Assembly (NCBI GenBank): GCA_963803705.1
Contig: CAWDNU010000004.1
Coordinates: forward strand, 128,001-192,000
Source: an uncultured Pseudobdellovibrionaceae bacterium
GTDB lineage: Bacteria > Bdellovibrionota > Bdellovibrionia > Bdellovibrionales > UBA1609
Direction of reading: 5' to 3'
DNA length: 64,000 bases
A program made the position numbers and the translations under genes. The notes under the pieces were generated by a model that was given only the letters and a program-made list of their open reading frames with translations, was not told the DNA's origin and did no database searches. Below, one piece after another: positions 48,578 to 59,529 of this stretch (position 1 is the stretch's first letter; the number at the start of each line of letters is the position of its first letter).

Positions 48578-51014
48578 TGAAACTCCGTTTTTATTGATTT
48601 AAAAATTTTTTCCTGAATTTGGTCTAAAGTTTTATCTTCAATAGCTTTAAGACTATCCTGCAAATATAAAGTCACAGTCACTGCTTGCATGCCAGCTCCT
48701 AGTCGGTCACCTACATAGATATCTTTCAAATCTAAATTTTGAAACAACTTGCCTGCAGCTTTATTCACAACCTTGTGGATATCTCTAAATTGCACTTGAG
48801 CACTAAGTTCAAAGGTTAAATCTCTTTTTACGACCGGCACATAGATTAGGGCCTGCACTTTATTAAATGCCCCTATGTCCTGGGTGATCAAGTTTGTATT
48901 TAGCTCAAAGTAAGCCACGGGTTCTCTAAATTTATGGTCCTCTAAAATTTTAGGATGGACACTACCAATCACTCCAACGTATTTACCACGCACAAATAAG
49001 CACGCCCACTGTCCTGGATGCAAAAATTCTGGAACCTCGATAGGTATATTTTTTTGACTATTTACATCATCAAACCTGTAGCCTTTAACCTTACATTTTT
49101 TTAGTAAAACTTCTAAGCACGACTTAAGTTTGAATACCGGATAGGAACTAGCTTTTCTCGAGGATTGCCAGTAATCCTGGGGTTCTCCCCAAAGAAGACC
49201 TGCAGTTCTAAGCTCTTCAAAATATTTATCTTCTTTTTTGTAAAATACCGATCCATTTTCAAAAATTTGTCCGTAAGATTTACCGTGCTTAAAATTGTGA
49301 AGTGCATTTTGAAAAAGTTGAGGAAAAAGTAAGCTTCTCATTTCGTCTAGTTTATCGCTAATCGGGTTTTTTATTTTTATGGTTTCACCCGTATGACCAA
49401 TATTGAAAATGGATAGCTTATTTAACGAAGGTGCTAAGCGCTTTTGAACTTCTGCCGAAGAAAAATTATAATTTATTGTCTGAGTAAACCCCTGCTCGGC
49501 TAATGCCCCGGTGATAAATTTAAGTTTTGAAAATTCAGAGTCATGATTACTAGGGTCAGCTACCATCTGCGGAAGAATCTCTGGTATCTTGTTGTATCCT
49601 TCTAAACGACCGTACTCCTCCACCAAGTCTTCTTTGATACCTAAGTCATATCTAAACGCAGGCGGAAAGACTGTGTAACCGTCAGAGGATTTAGTAAATT
49701 CGCAATTCAATCTTTCAAGCCAAAACTCAAACTGTTTTTCTGTGGCTTTAAATCCAAGGCGCTCACTTAAATCTTCGATAGTGATTTTAATTTTTGGTCT
49801 GGTAAGTGGCTGAGGGTAAAAATCAAAAACGTCTTTTGCCGCTTCACCACCCGTTAGATTTACTATCAGTTGAGCGCCAGATTGATCGCTCTTGGTATCA
49901 TATCGATATCAGTACCTCTAGTGAATCTATAAGCAGCATCTGTCTCAATCCCAAACGCCTTGCTGTCTTACGAACTGAGGAAGGAACAAAATAGGCGCAT
50001 TCAAGAAAAATATTCTGAGTAGAATCAGAAATTCCAGAATCCTTGGATCCAACGACACCAGCCAGACCAACAACTTTAGTTTTATCTCTAATAGTTAGTT
50101 CTTGGCCTGTAAGCTCATACTGAGTGCCATCAAAGGATGTAAATTTCTCCCCTTTTTTAGAGTCAGCTACAGTTATTTCATGCCCTTCAATATTCTTAAA
50201 ATCATAAGCGTGCATAGGTTGCCCCAGCTCAAGCATCACATAATTGGTGATGTCGACAACATTATTTACAGCGTTAAATCCAGCACGCTCTAGCTTGTCC
50301 ACCATCCACTGTGGGCTCGGTCTCACATTTACATTTTCAATCCATCGTCCCATAAATCTAGGGCACATTTCTGAATTTTTTATTTCAATTTTGAATCTAT
50401 TATTTATAGTGGTCTTACCTGGCTTCACGTAGGGCTCTTCAAAACTTAGTGGCTTATCTGATGAGACAAGAAATTTCCCTAGCTAATCCCCAATGACTAA
50501 GACAATCTGCTCGGTTGGGGGTAACACTGATATCAAATATAATCTCATTCGTCTCCAGATATTTGAATACACTTTCACCAATGGGAGCGTCATTGTCCAA
50601 AATTCTAATGCCATCACTTTTTGGTGAAAGTTCCATTTCTTTGTCTGAACAAAGCATTCCGTGACTTTCAATGCCTCTAATTTTTGACTTTTTAATTTTG
50701 AAGTCACCTGGTAATACACAACCCGGTAGGGCCGCGCATACCAGATTTCCCTCTTTATGATTCTTCGCTCCACATACGATTTGATAGGGCTTTTCCTGGC
50801 CCACATCCACCAGGCATACTGTCAATTTATCTGCATCAGGATGTTTCTTGAGCTCAAGTATCTTTCCCACCACTAAATTTTCTATAGAGCCTAAACGGAT
50901 GATGTCTTCAACTTCCAAACCTGCCGAAGTTAACTTTTCTGCCAACTCTTCAGGTTTAGTTTCAAAACCTGAAACATCAACAAATTCATTCAACCATGAC
51001 ATTAAAATTTTCAT
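48574..51014 (-). CDS. pheT: Phenylalanine-tRNA ligase beta subunit (frameshifted in this assembly)
   Basis: HPDADKL, IVCGAKN, RGIESHGMLCS, TPNRADCLS, NNVVDITNYVMLELGQPMHAYD, RYDL..EDLVEEYGR and RDLTF motifs across three ORFs. Breaks near 50455 and 49810-49950. Confidence 0.95.
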
Positions 51015-52036
51015 TAGAACTGCTCCAAAAATCGTATATCGTTTTCGGTAAAGAGACGAATGTCAGAGATTCCATAACGGATCATAGCCATTCGTTCGAC
51101 ACCAAAACCAAAAGCAAACCCTTGCCATCTATCTGGATCAACACCTGAAAACTTCAGAACATTAGGGTTTACTAAGCCGCACCCGCCAATCTCAATCCAC
51201 CCCGTTTGACTGCATACTCTACAGCCTTTTCCAATGCAAATTGGACAAGTGCAGTCGACTTCAGCTGAAGGTTCAGTAAAAGGAAAAAAACTTGGTCTAA
51301 ATCTTACTTTTATCTTTTCACTGAAAAACGACTTTATGAAAAAGGAAACTACACCTTTCAAGTGCGCCATAGAAACTTTTTTATCCACCCACAATCCCTC
51401 TACTTGGTAGAAATTTGGAGAATGCGTAATATCACTGTCGCATCTAAAAACTGATCCTGGGGCTAAAACCCTAAGCGGTAGCGTTTCGTTCTCTAAGGTC
51501 CTCACTTGGATTGGACTTGTGTGAGTTCTAAGAACATGATCATCATCAATGTAAAAAGTGTCCTGCATATCTCTAGCAGGATGGTCTTTGGGAAAATTCA
51601 AAGCTTCAAAATTGTAATGATCGGATTCGATCATTGGCCCCGTCCTAACACTGAAACCAATGCGGCATAAAATATCTATCATTTCATTGATCACTAAATC
51701 GATAGGATGCTTGCCACGTATTTTACTTTAGGACCAGGCAAGTTAAATCCACAGATTTCAGTTGCAATTTTATTTGAGAGAGTTCAACTTGAGCAAGTTG
51801 CTGCTCTTTTTTTGAATACAGCTGCTTCAAGTTCTCTTTTCTTCTCGTTAACCAGCTGGCCGAATTTGGGTCGCTGGTCTTTCGGTAGCTCTACAAGCAT
51901 TTTCATAAGCGAGGTCAATTCGCCATTTTTACCCATGAAATTTAACTTTAAACTCGTACAGCATAGTGCGGTCTTCGGAGGTTGAAAAACACTGAGTAGC
52001 TTTTTCATATATTTCTTCGAGTTTTTGCTGTAACAT
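51014..52036 (-). CDS. pheS: Phenylalanine-tRNA ligase alpha subunit (N-terminus frameshifted in this assembly)
   Basis: [45 protein letters not shown] and [10 protein letters not shown] motifs. N-terminal GKNGELT and DLT.PG segments lie in shifting frames at 51700-52036. Confidence 0.95.
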
Positions 52037-52120
52037 ATTAGAAATATTGAAGGAAAATAGATTTAGAATCAACGTGCGCCATGGCTATTGTGCACTTTAT
52101 GCTTTGCACAAAGAGTGGGT

Positions 52121-52897
52121 GTGTCATTGAACTATAAGGAAATTTTAAGTGCTGAAAATAAGTCGTTTAAGGGCTGGAAAGAGCTGACAAGTTCTAGAGG
52201 TATAAAAAAGCGGCAACGTGCTTTAGTTCAAGGCAAGATTTTGGTTCACGAATATTTCAAAGACTTTTATTTTGAAGATATTGAAATAATCTTCACAGCT
52301 GACCAGGGTTATCCTGCCAATTTAGGACCTAAAACTAAATCGTTTAAGTTGAGCAAAGCTCTATTTAATGAGCTTAACACCACAGGAGTCGACTACCCGA
52401 TGCTTTGTGTACCTGTTCCAAGGATTAAAAATTTAGAAGTGACATTGCTAAAAGAAAAGCCTTGCGTCTATCTGCCTTTAGGAGACCCTAAGAATTTAGG
52501 AGGCGCTCTTAGAAACGCCCTGGCGTTTGGTGTAGAAAATGTGGTGCTGCTTGAAGAAGCCGCAAACCCGTTTCACCCGCAAGCTATTAAGGCCTCTAGT
52601 GGAGCTTGCTTTCACTTAAATCTGTTTAAGGGTCCGAAAGCTGAAGATTTAGATCCTAAATCTTTGTATGTGTTAGATTCAGGCGGCAAAATGGCACATA
52701 CAATAAATTGGCCTAATAATTTCAAAATTTTAGTCGGAGAAGAAGGGCAAGGTCCCCCTAAGCAAATTTTACAGAATGCAAAACCTGTAAGCATTCCTAT
52801 TTCAAGTAAAATAGAATCTTTAAATGCCAGTCAAGCGTTAGGAATTGTGCTTTACGAAGCGTCGCTAAACCGAAACAGACAATCAGGTAAAGACTAA
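52121..52897 (+). CDS. TrmH/SpoU family RNA methyltransferase
   Basis: DPKNLGGALRNALAFG, AIKASSGA, VGEEGQG and IESLNAS motifs. Start uncertain (52088-52127). Confidence 0.92.
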   Translation: MSLNYKEILSAENKSFKGWKELTSSRGIKKRQRALVQGKILVHEYFKDFYFEDIEIIFTADQGYPANLGPKTKSFKLSKALFNELNTTGVDYPMLCVPVPRIKNLEVTLLKEKPCVYLPLGDPKNLGGALRNALAFGVENVVLLEEAANPFHPQAIKASSGACFHLNLFKGPKAEDLDPKSLYVLDSGGKMAHTINWPNNFKILVGEEGQGPPKQILQNAKPVSIPISSKIESLNASQALGIVLYEASLNRNRQSGKD

Positions 52898-52950
52898 TAG
52901 TTTCCGTCATAAAACAGGTTTAAACTTAGTTTATTAAATGCTTGAATTTG

Positions 52951-53868
52951 TTAACCTAAACGTAAAAATTGTGCCTTTAATGATTTGCCGTCTAGGCCTT
53001 CAACGCCAAAGCTTTCTGGATTTTCATCTTTAGATTTAAGAAAGGTACCAAAAATTTTATCCCAAATCGACAGCGCAACGCCAAAATTTTTATTAAAATG
53101 TTTCACCTGATTTGAGTGATGAATTTGGTGCTGCTTGGGGCTTATAAATATGTGCTCTAGAAATCCAAAGGATATGGGAAGAGCTGAATGCCTAAGGTTC
53201 CCAGTTGAAATATTGAACAGAAAACCTAAGGCGTTTACTCCTAACAAGGTCACGAACTCTACCTGACCAGAAAAAATAAACATAAATAGGCCCGCGCTGA
53301 CTCCAAAACTTAAGGAGTTTCTAAATGCTGACATTAGCGATTCTAAGGGATGTATTCTAAATAGCGTAATAGGAGTCAAAATTTCAGCTGAATGATGGGT
53401 TTTATGTAACTGCCACAAAAAGGAAATATTATGCATCCAGTAATGATGAAAAAATCTTAAAAAATCATCCCATAAAAAAGCAAAAACAGTTGCAAATAAA
53501 AACATTAGGCCATTGCCAGACACTGGGCTGTAGTCTGGCAGAATAAAAAACAGACTTCTAATCGTATACTTAGAAATATAAAAACTAGCTCCTAACACAG
53601 GCGCAAATAAAAATACTTTGATAAAGCCATTTATTAAATAAATTTTATAGTCTACCAGAGCAGAAGGATGAAGCCAGTAGGAATTAAAAGATGACTTTAA
53701 GTAGGTTCTTGAAAACAAAACTCTAATCTGCTTTTTTTGAAAAAACAGAAAAAAACCTAAGGTTACAACCATGGCCACAAGTAAGTTCATGAAATATAAT
53801 CTTGAACCAGGGTCAAACCAAGGCCAAAGCTCGATGTGCAAATCCTTAATTTTTGAACCAACATCCAT
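52951..53868 (-). CDS. Sterol desaturase / fatty acid hydroxylase family
   Basis: His boxes HYWMH, HKTHH, RIHPLE and HQIHH; NFG...SIWDKIFGT. Confidence 0.93.
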   Translation of the reverse strand: MDVGSKIKDLHIELWPWFDPGSRLYFMNLLVAMVVTLGFFLFFQKKQIRVLFSRTYLKSSFNSYWLHPSALVDYKIYLINGFIKVFLFAPVLGASFYISKYTIRSLFFILPDYSPVSGNGLMFLFATVFAFLWDDFLRFFHHYWMHNISFLWQLHKTHHSAEILTPITLFRIHPLESLMSAFRNSLSFGVSAGLFMFIFSGQVEFVTLLGVNALGFLFNISTGNLRHSALPISFGFLEHIFISPKQHQIHHSNQVKHFNKNFGVALSIWDKIFGTFLKSKDENPESFGVEGLDGKSLKAQFLRLG

Positions 53869-53990
53869 ACATCTTTAGATTTAGCCCTGTTGCCTTAAAT
53901 AGGCAATAAAAACAGCAATGCACCGGTTGCCCCTAAGCGTTTGGCTTTCAATTAGAACCTAAGGTTGTTATCAGAGGTTGTCCGCTTACA

Positions 53991-54611
53991 TTAAATTTTA
54001 GGTAGCTGGCATAGCTTAAATATAATTACTGAAAGCACTATTCCTAAAAGCGCGCTACTAAAGCTCTGGGAAATCCAGTGCGCACCTAAAAGAGTCCTTG
54101 ATAAAACAGCTAGTAAGATAATTAAAAAAGCTATAATTTGACTTATTACAATCGCTAGTTTGTTTCGATCATTTTGATTTTCGAACTTAAACAAGAACAT
54201 CCCATAGATACTTCCCATAACTAGGCAAAAATGCGATGGCCAACCGGTTTTTAATGAAAAAAAATCTACAAAAATTAGTTCTGAATCTGGACGACTTACA
54301 AAGATTATTGAAGACAATAGATAGACTATAGAGCTAGAAACAAAATAAGCTGAAATGCTTAGTAAAATTTTTGTCCGACCCCAGCGAATGTATGCCAAAA
54401 ATGAAGCTAGAAGTAAAATGACTGATAAAACTGGAAATTTTAACATCGATGAAAAAAATTTTGCCCGGTATATTTGGTCTTCAAAATTGATCTGTAAAAT
54501 TCTGGAAACCAATACGTCGATATAGTCATAATCCAATAAAATCAATTTTATAGATAACAGCAAAGAGATTATTAAAATAGCTTTTACCTTACCAGATAGT
54601 CTGAACGTCAT
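53991..54611 (-). CDS. PAP2-family phosphatase-like membrane protein (degenerate)
   Basis: RP, WPSH and SRTLLGAHW motifs; several TM helices. Confidence 0.8.
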   Translation of the reverse strand: MTFRLSGKVKAILIISLLLSIKLILLDYDYIDVLVSRILQINFEDQIYRAKFFSSMLKFPVLSVILLLASFLAYIRWGRTKILLSISAYFVSSSIVYLLSSIIFVSRPDSELIFVDFFSLKTGWPSHFCLVMGSIYGMFLFKFENQNDRNKLAIVISQIIAFLIILLAVLSRTLLGAHWISQSFSSALLGIVLSVIIFKLCQLPKI

Positions 54612-54629
54612 TTTAAAAGATTGCCCCGA

Positions 54630-56441
54630 TCAAGATATAGATTCTAAATCTTCTTGTAAAAGTTGTTCCAGTTGAGCGTTCATCTCTCTAGTTTTATTGA
54701 TCATAAGTTTCTCGTCGGCCCGCAAGTTATACTGAGCGTCTAGCAGAACTTCGTCGTGATTTTTAAATCTAGTTACAATCTCTTTAGCTCTGGACGCCGA
54801 AACACCAAGTTCATTTAAAAGATTTTCTGACATATCAAGCGACGAAGCTAGCAGCTCTCTACGAATGACCTGGACACCTGCTTTTCTTAAATCAAAAACG
54901 TGCTGACGATTTCGGGCTCTGGCAAAAATTTTCAAATGAGGAAAGTGAGATCTTAGAATCTGAGCCAAGTGAATCGAAACCTCTACGTCATCGATTGCAA
55001 TCAAAAATGCTTTTGCTTTGTCCACGCCAGCGACGTGCAATAGGTCTAAGCGAGTTGCATCACCGTAATGAATTTTGAAGCCAAACTTCAGGGCTGTCTG
55101 TACATTTTCAGGACTGTGCTCTAAAGTTGTAAATGGAACTTTCTGCATGGTTAATATTCGAGCTGCTATCTGACCGAAACGCCCATAACCTGCAATGATG
55201 ACTTTTGGATCATAGATATCAAACTCTGTGTTGTATGATTTGTCCTTATCAGTGCCTTCAACCCTTCTTATTTTTTCAAAAATAAAGAGCGCTAAAGGCG
55301 TTAGCACCATTGAAAATGTAATAATTAAAGTTAAAAGTTCAACAGTCTTTATATCTAATAACTGGCTAGCTTCTGCTAAACCAAAGATAACAAATCCAAA
55401 CTCGCCACCTTGACATAGCAACAACCCTACCATCTTCGAGCTAGTTCTGTTCATTTTCATGGATCGAGATAGCAGATAAAGCGTCGAAAACTTAATCCCT
55501 ACTAAAAAAAAAGTGATGCCAAAGATTGTAAAAGGTCTCTCTAAAAATGTAGACAGATTTATATTCATGCCAACGGCCATAAAAAATAAGCCCAGCAGTA
55601 AACCTTTGAAGGGTTCAATATCTGCTTCAAGCTCGTGACGATACTCGCTGTCTGCCAAAATAACGCCAGACAAAAAGGCCCCCAGGGCCATCGACAACCC
55701 AACGCTCTCCATTAATAACGAAACGCCGATGACTAAAAGTAGGCTTGCTGCGGTAAAAACGTCTTTGGCTTTAGCCTGTGCGATTAATCTTAAAAGATAT
55801 CCAAATAAAATCCTTCCAAAGAAAACAACGCCTAAAATGACTGCAATGGCTTGGGAAATGGGAACCAGATTTGATCCCATTTCCTTTAAGCCTGCAGAGG
55901 CAGCCATTAAAGGAACTAAAGCAATCAGTGGTATGGCGGCTAGATCTTGGAATAACAAAACAGAAAACGCACTTTGTCCATGTGGAGTCTGAAGTTCATT
56001 TCTCTCTTTCATTAGCTGAATCGCAAATGCTGTAGAAGACAGAGCCAAAGTTGCCCCTATAACTATGGATATTGAAAAAGATAAGGGGGCAATAATTGGT
56101 AATGCGTATAAACAGACGCCCAGTGCTAGGCCTGTTATCAAAACCTGTAAACTACCTAGTCCAAACACATCTCTTCTCATCGACCATAGCTTCGTTAGAT
56201 TTAGCTCTAGTCCAATTACGAACAGCAAAAACACTACGCCAATTTCGGCAAAGTGCATGATTGATTTTGTATCAGTGTAAAGCTTAAATCCAAAAGGACC
56301 GACAATGATCCCAGCGGTTAAATAGCCCAGTACTGAACCTAATCCAATTCTTTTGAAAAAAGGCACCGCTATACATGTGGCAGCCAGAAAAAAAACAGTA
56401 GAGACCAAAATATCGTGGACACTGAAAGGTGACTCTACCAT
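54630..56441 (-). CDS. CPA2 monovalent cation/proton antiporter (KefB/KefC-like K+ efflux)
   Basis: LGSVLGYL, AEIGVVFLLF.IGLE, LLFQD, YRHELEADIEPFKGLLLGLFF and KTN domain AGYGRFGQ. Confidence 0.95.
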   Translation of the reverse strand: MVESPFSVHDILVSTVFFLAATCIAVPFFKRIGLGSVLGYLTAGIIVGPFGFKLYTDTKSIMHFAEIGVVFLLFVIGLELNLTKLWSMRRDVFGLGSLQVLITGLALGVCLYALPIIAPLSFSISIVIGATLALSSTAFAIQLMKERNELQTPHGQSAFSVLLFQDLAAIPLIALVPLMAASAGLKEMGSNLVPISQAIAVILGVVFFGRILFGYLLRLIAQAKAKDVFTAASLLLVIGVSLLMESVGLSMALGAFLSGVILADSEYRHELEADIEPFKGLLLGLFFMAVGMNINLSTFLERPFTIFGITFFLVGIKFSTLYLLSRSMKMNRTSSKMVGLLLCQGGEFGFVIFGLAEASQLLDIKTVELLTLIITFSMVLTPLALFIFEKIRRVEGTDKDKSYNTEFDIYDPKVIIAGYGRFGQIAARILTMQKVPFTTLEHSPENVQTALKFGFKIHYGDATRLDLLHVAGVDKAKAFLIAIDDVEVSIHLAQILRSHFPHLKIFARARNRQHVFDLRKAGVQVIRRELLASSLDMSENLLNELGVSASRAKEIVTRFKNHDEVLLDAQYNLRADEKLMINKTREMNAQLEQLLQEDLESIS

Positions 56442-56461
56442 TTATAACTCCAAATATACTT

Positions 56462-56586
56462 GGGCCTGTTGAAAAAGCATCATCTTCGTTGTTGCCTTCG
56501 CTTAAATCTCATTCGACGTAGATAAACTACGACTCATTCGATTTTAAGCTTGGACGCCTAGAATCTAATACTTTTTCAACAGGCCC
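56462..56586. mobile_element. 125-bp MITE with 16-bp terminal inverted repeats and a 4-bp flanking direct repeat
   Basis: GGGCCTGTTGAAAAAG ... CTTTTTCAACAGGCCC flanked by ACTT on both sides. Internal CGTAG-ATAAA-CTACG hairpin. No ORF. Confidence 0.85.
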
Positions 56587-56666
56587 ACTTGCTTGCAGCT
56601 AGCTTAACACGAACAATTGTATTTGATAAAAGCATATTGTAGATACGCAGTGCAATTATAAGTTTA

Positions 56667-57161
56667 TTACTTTTTCTGGTTGGCCAACCCTCTACCTAAA
56701 TTACACCAGTTTTGTCTAAACTTAGTTTTGCCATAATATACGTAAGCAAGATTGTTTTTAAGTAAAATTGTCTTAAGATCTTTACCATCAAACTTTATGT
56801 CAGCTAAGATTCTAAAATACTTGTCTCTTTTGACATTTTCTAAATCAATGCGTTTAGCACTCTTCAATAAATTTGAAACAAGATTTTTTGCTACCCTGGC
56901 CTGCTTTTTTTCGCACTTATTTTTAGTTCTGATCTCTGGTGTATCTACACCAAAAAGTCTTACATTAATTTTCTGACCGAAAAGAGGGTGGATTCTATCG
57001 ATGTCAAAAGTTATTGTGTCCCCGTCGTAGTTTCTCAAATACGTTACACACTTAAAGCTGCTTAGATCATGGATGCATGAACGACTGAGATTTATATCGC
57101 TCACCAAATTTGAAGCCCACATGGGTTTCAGTAACACAATTGCAAGAAGCAAAATTTTCAT
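56667..57161 (-). CDS. Secreted thermonuclease (SNase) family protein
   Basis: YDGDT, VRLFGVDTPE, RDKYFRILA and L...LA motifs; signal peptide. Confidence 0.93.
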   Translation of the reverse strand: MKILLLAIVLLKPMWASNLVSDINLSRSCIHDLSSFKCVTYLRNYDGDTITFDIDRIHPLFGQKINVRLFGVDTPEIRTKNKCEKKQARVAKNLVSNLLKSAKRIDLENVKRDKYFRILADIKFDGKDLKTILLKNNLAYVYYGKTKFRQNWCNLGRGLANQKK

Positions 57162-57202
57162 ACTTAATATGCTGACATTAAATCAAATAATTTAAAACTA
57201 TT

Positions 57203-57610
57203 TTATAAATTTAAGAGAATTATTAACCAAATAAAAGCTATGCAGGCTAAACCGGTGGCGTAAAATACAAATCGATACAGGACATGGTTTGAACCTAAGT
57301 GAATATAAGAGTGAATAAGTCTAGATGCCAAAAAAGCCCAAGCGGCTAATAAAGCTTCGAAACTGTTTAAGTTGAAAAACACTAAAATGCTACAACTAAC
57401 TAAAAATAAGATTGGAAGTTGGAACAAGTTATCAAAGTGACGCCCAACCCTAATAATATACTCGGGTGGAGCATATTGGGGTTCAAAAGCCTTAAAATAT
57501 TTAAGCGAAGTTTGTTTGTCTTGAACAGATTTTTTACGCACTAAGAAGGTAAAAAAGCCCATAATAGAAATATAAAAGACGGTGGCTGCCATTATGTGAA
57601 TAATTATCAT
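57203..57610 (-). CDS. MAPEG family membrane protein
   Basis: NLFQLPILF, AWAFLASRLIHSYIH..N...R motifs. Start uncertain. Confidence 0.88.
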   Translation of the reverse strand: MIIIHIMAATVFYISIMGFFTFLVRKKSVQDKQTSLKYFKAFEPQYAPPEYIIRVGRHFDNLFQLPILFLVSCSILVFFNLNSFEALLAAWAFLASRLIHSYIHLGSNHVLYRFVFYATGLACIAFIWLIILLNL

Positions 57611-57856
57611 ATCAGCATTATAAGCTTCAAACAGTTTTCTTGGACAGCTAAAGTTGAACCTGGGTGATAATTTAGGCATAAAAACTGTTTTAGAATTGAA
57701 GCAACTTTAACATTTTTTGGCGCAGATGTAGCAATTACTTATGAAACCGAAACAATTTCTGAAAATGGTGCGGAAAAGACAGTTATGGGCATCACTTTCG
57801 ATGATGAGTCACCGGCTTATACCAAATTACCTTGTAAAATAAATAATATTTAGACT

Positions 57857-58150
57857 TCAAATAATATTAACTAGGCGTTTGTAGTCAGCAACGTTTATTA
57901 AGGTTACTGACTCGCTATTAGGATCAAAGACAATCAAAATCTTTTCAGCTTTTATTTGTTTTAAAATCTTAGATCTTTTCTGTTCGGTCGAAAATTCTAT
58001 CAATCCATAGTCAGTGCCTTCACGAAGCACAAAATCATCTGCTATAGAATGTAAGATTTCTTCGGATATCAGACTCTGCTCGATGACAATGGGTGGTTTC
58101 ACACCATCACTTTCTAAGATTTCTAGATCAACGGTTCTGTCACTGTTCAT
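57857..58150 (-). CDS. YheU / UPF0270 family protein
   Basis: FVLREGTDYG and IVFD...ESV motifs. Confidence 0.9.
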   Translation of the reverse strand: MNSDRTVDLEILESDGVKPPIVIEQSLISEEILHSIADDFVLREGTDYGLIEFSTEQKRSKILKQIKAEKILIVFDPNSESVTLINVADYKRLVNII

Positions 58151-58194
58151 ATTAAAAAGGTACCTCAATTTGAAAAACTTAACAAAGATTTAGA

Positions 58195-59514
58195 TTAGGT
58201 CGTGTCTGTCTTTTGCTGGGAAGACTGACCAGAAATTGGTATTTTTTCCCCTGAATAAAACTTCCAGGTTTTATGTATTATTAGGCGTGATCCGCTGCCA
58301 AATCGAAAATAAGACCAAGTCCACTGCATAAGTACAAACATTTTATTTCTAAACTGTATTAAAAATGCAATATGTACGAAGGCCCACATCACCCAGGCCA
58401 CAAAACCCGAAATTTGTATTGGTCCCGAGCTTACAACTGCTCTGGCTCGACCAATGGTTGCCATTATACCCTTATCGTTATATTTGAATTTGCCCCTAGA
58501 TTTTGCTTTTAGATCATTTAAGATAGCTCTTGCGACAAATCGACCTTGTTGCATTGCCACAGGGGCTAATGATGGCAAATACTTTGGTTTGCCATCTAAA
58601 GATTCGTCGAAAGCCGCCAAATCGCCAATTGCAAAAACATTCAAGTGAGCTCGCAAACTTAAATCTTGATTTACTAGCACCCTACCATCTTTGATTTTTT
58701 CAACCTGTAAGCTTTCAGATATTTTAGAGGGCTTTACACCGGCTGCCCAAATGATAGTTTTAGCATCAAGCCATTCGCCGCCAACGCTTAAGCCGTCATA
58801 ACTAAGTTTGCTAGCCATTTTGTTTAACACAACCTGCACTCCTAGCTGTTCCAGGTCCTTTTTCGCTCTTAAAGATAGTTTTTCTGGAAAGGCTGATAAA
58901 ACTCTGGGACCAGATTCTATCAAAAAAACCTTAGTGTTCTTTAAGTTTGCATTCTTATAGTCTTTATAAAGTGTGGAACGGGTCATTTCTGCAATGGCCC
59001 CGGCAAGTTCTACTCCGGTTGGTCCACCGCCAACTATGGCAAATGTTAAAAGCTTTTGCTGCTTAGTCGGATCAGTCTCGTTTTCAGCACGTTCAAGAGC
59101 TAGTAAAACTCGTCGTCTGATCTCTGTGGCTTGCTCTATTGTTTTTAAACCAGGAGCAATGCTTTCCCACTCGTTATTGCCAAAGTAAAAGTGCTTGCTG
59201 CCAGTTGCTAAAATAAGATAATCATAGCTTAAGCTTGCCTTATTCATAAGAATCTTTTTTGCCTGTAAATCTATTGTCTCTATTTCAGCCATCAAAGTCT
59301 TTACATTTTTTGACCTTGAAAACAGTCGACGAAGTGGAGTTGCGATGTCCGAAGGATTAAGGCCTGCCATTGCCACTTGGTAAAGTAGAGGTTGAAATAG
59401 ATGATGATTTCTTCGGTCTATCAAAATTACATCAAGATTCTTTCTATTCGAAAGCTTTAAGGCGGCTGAGACACCACCAAAGCCGCCCCCAATAATAATT
59501 ACTTTTTTGTTCAT
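58195..59514 (-). CDS. ndh: Type II NADH dehydrogenase
   Basis: GGGFGG, HLFQPLLYQVA, APGLKT, VGGGPTGVELAG, IWAAGV, FAIGD and APVAMQQG motifs. Confidence 0.95.
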   Translation of the reverse strand: MNKKVIIIGGGFGGVSAALKLSNRKNLDVILIDRRNHHLFQPLLYQVAMAGLNPSDIATPLRRLFSRSKNVKTLMAEIETIDLQAKKILMNKASLSYDYLILATGSKHFYFGNNEWESIAPGLKTIEQATEIRRRVLLALERAENETDPTKQQKLLTFAIVGGGPTGVELAGAIAEMTRSTLYKDYKNANLKNTKVFLIESGPRVLSAFPEKLSLRAKKDLEQLGVQVVLNKMASKLSYDGLSVGGEWLDAKTIIWAAGVKPSKISESLQVEKIKDGRVLVNQDLSLRAHLNVFAIGDLAAFDESLDGKPKYLPSLAPVAMQQGRFVARAILNDLKAKSRGKFKYNDKGIMATIGRARAVVSSGPIQISGFVAWVMWAFVHIAFLIQFRNKMFVLMQWTWSYFRFGSGSRLIIHKTWKFYSGEKIPISGQSSQQKTDTT

Positions 59515-59529
59515 GAAATTCCTTAAAAA

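Noticed and set aside
53905..53945. SAM-I riboswitch-like GCAACC..GGTGC on the minus strand
   Set aside because: The other conserved SAM-I elements are absent and the downstream gene is unrelated.
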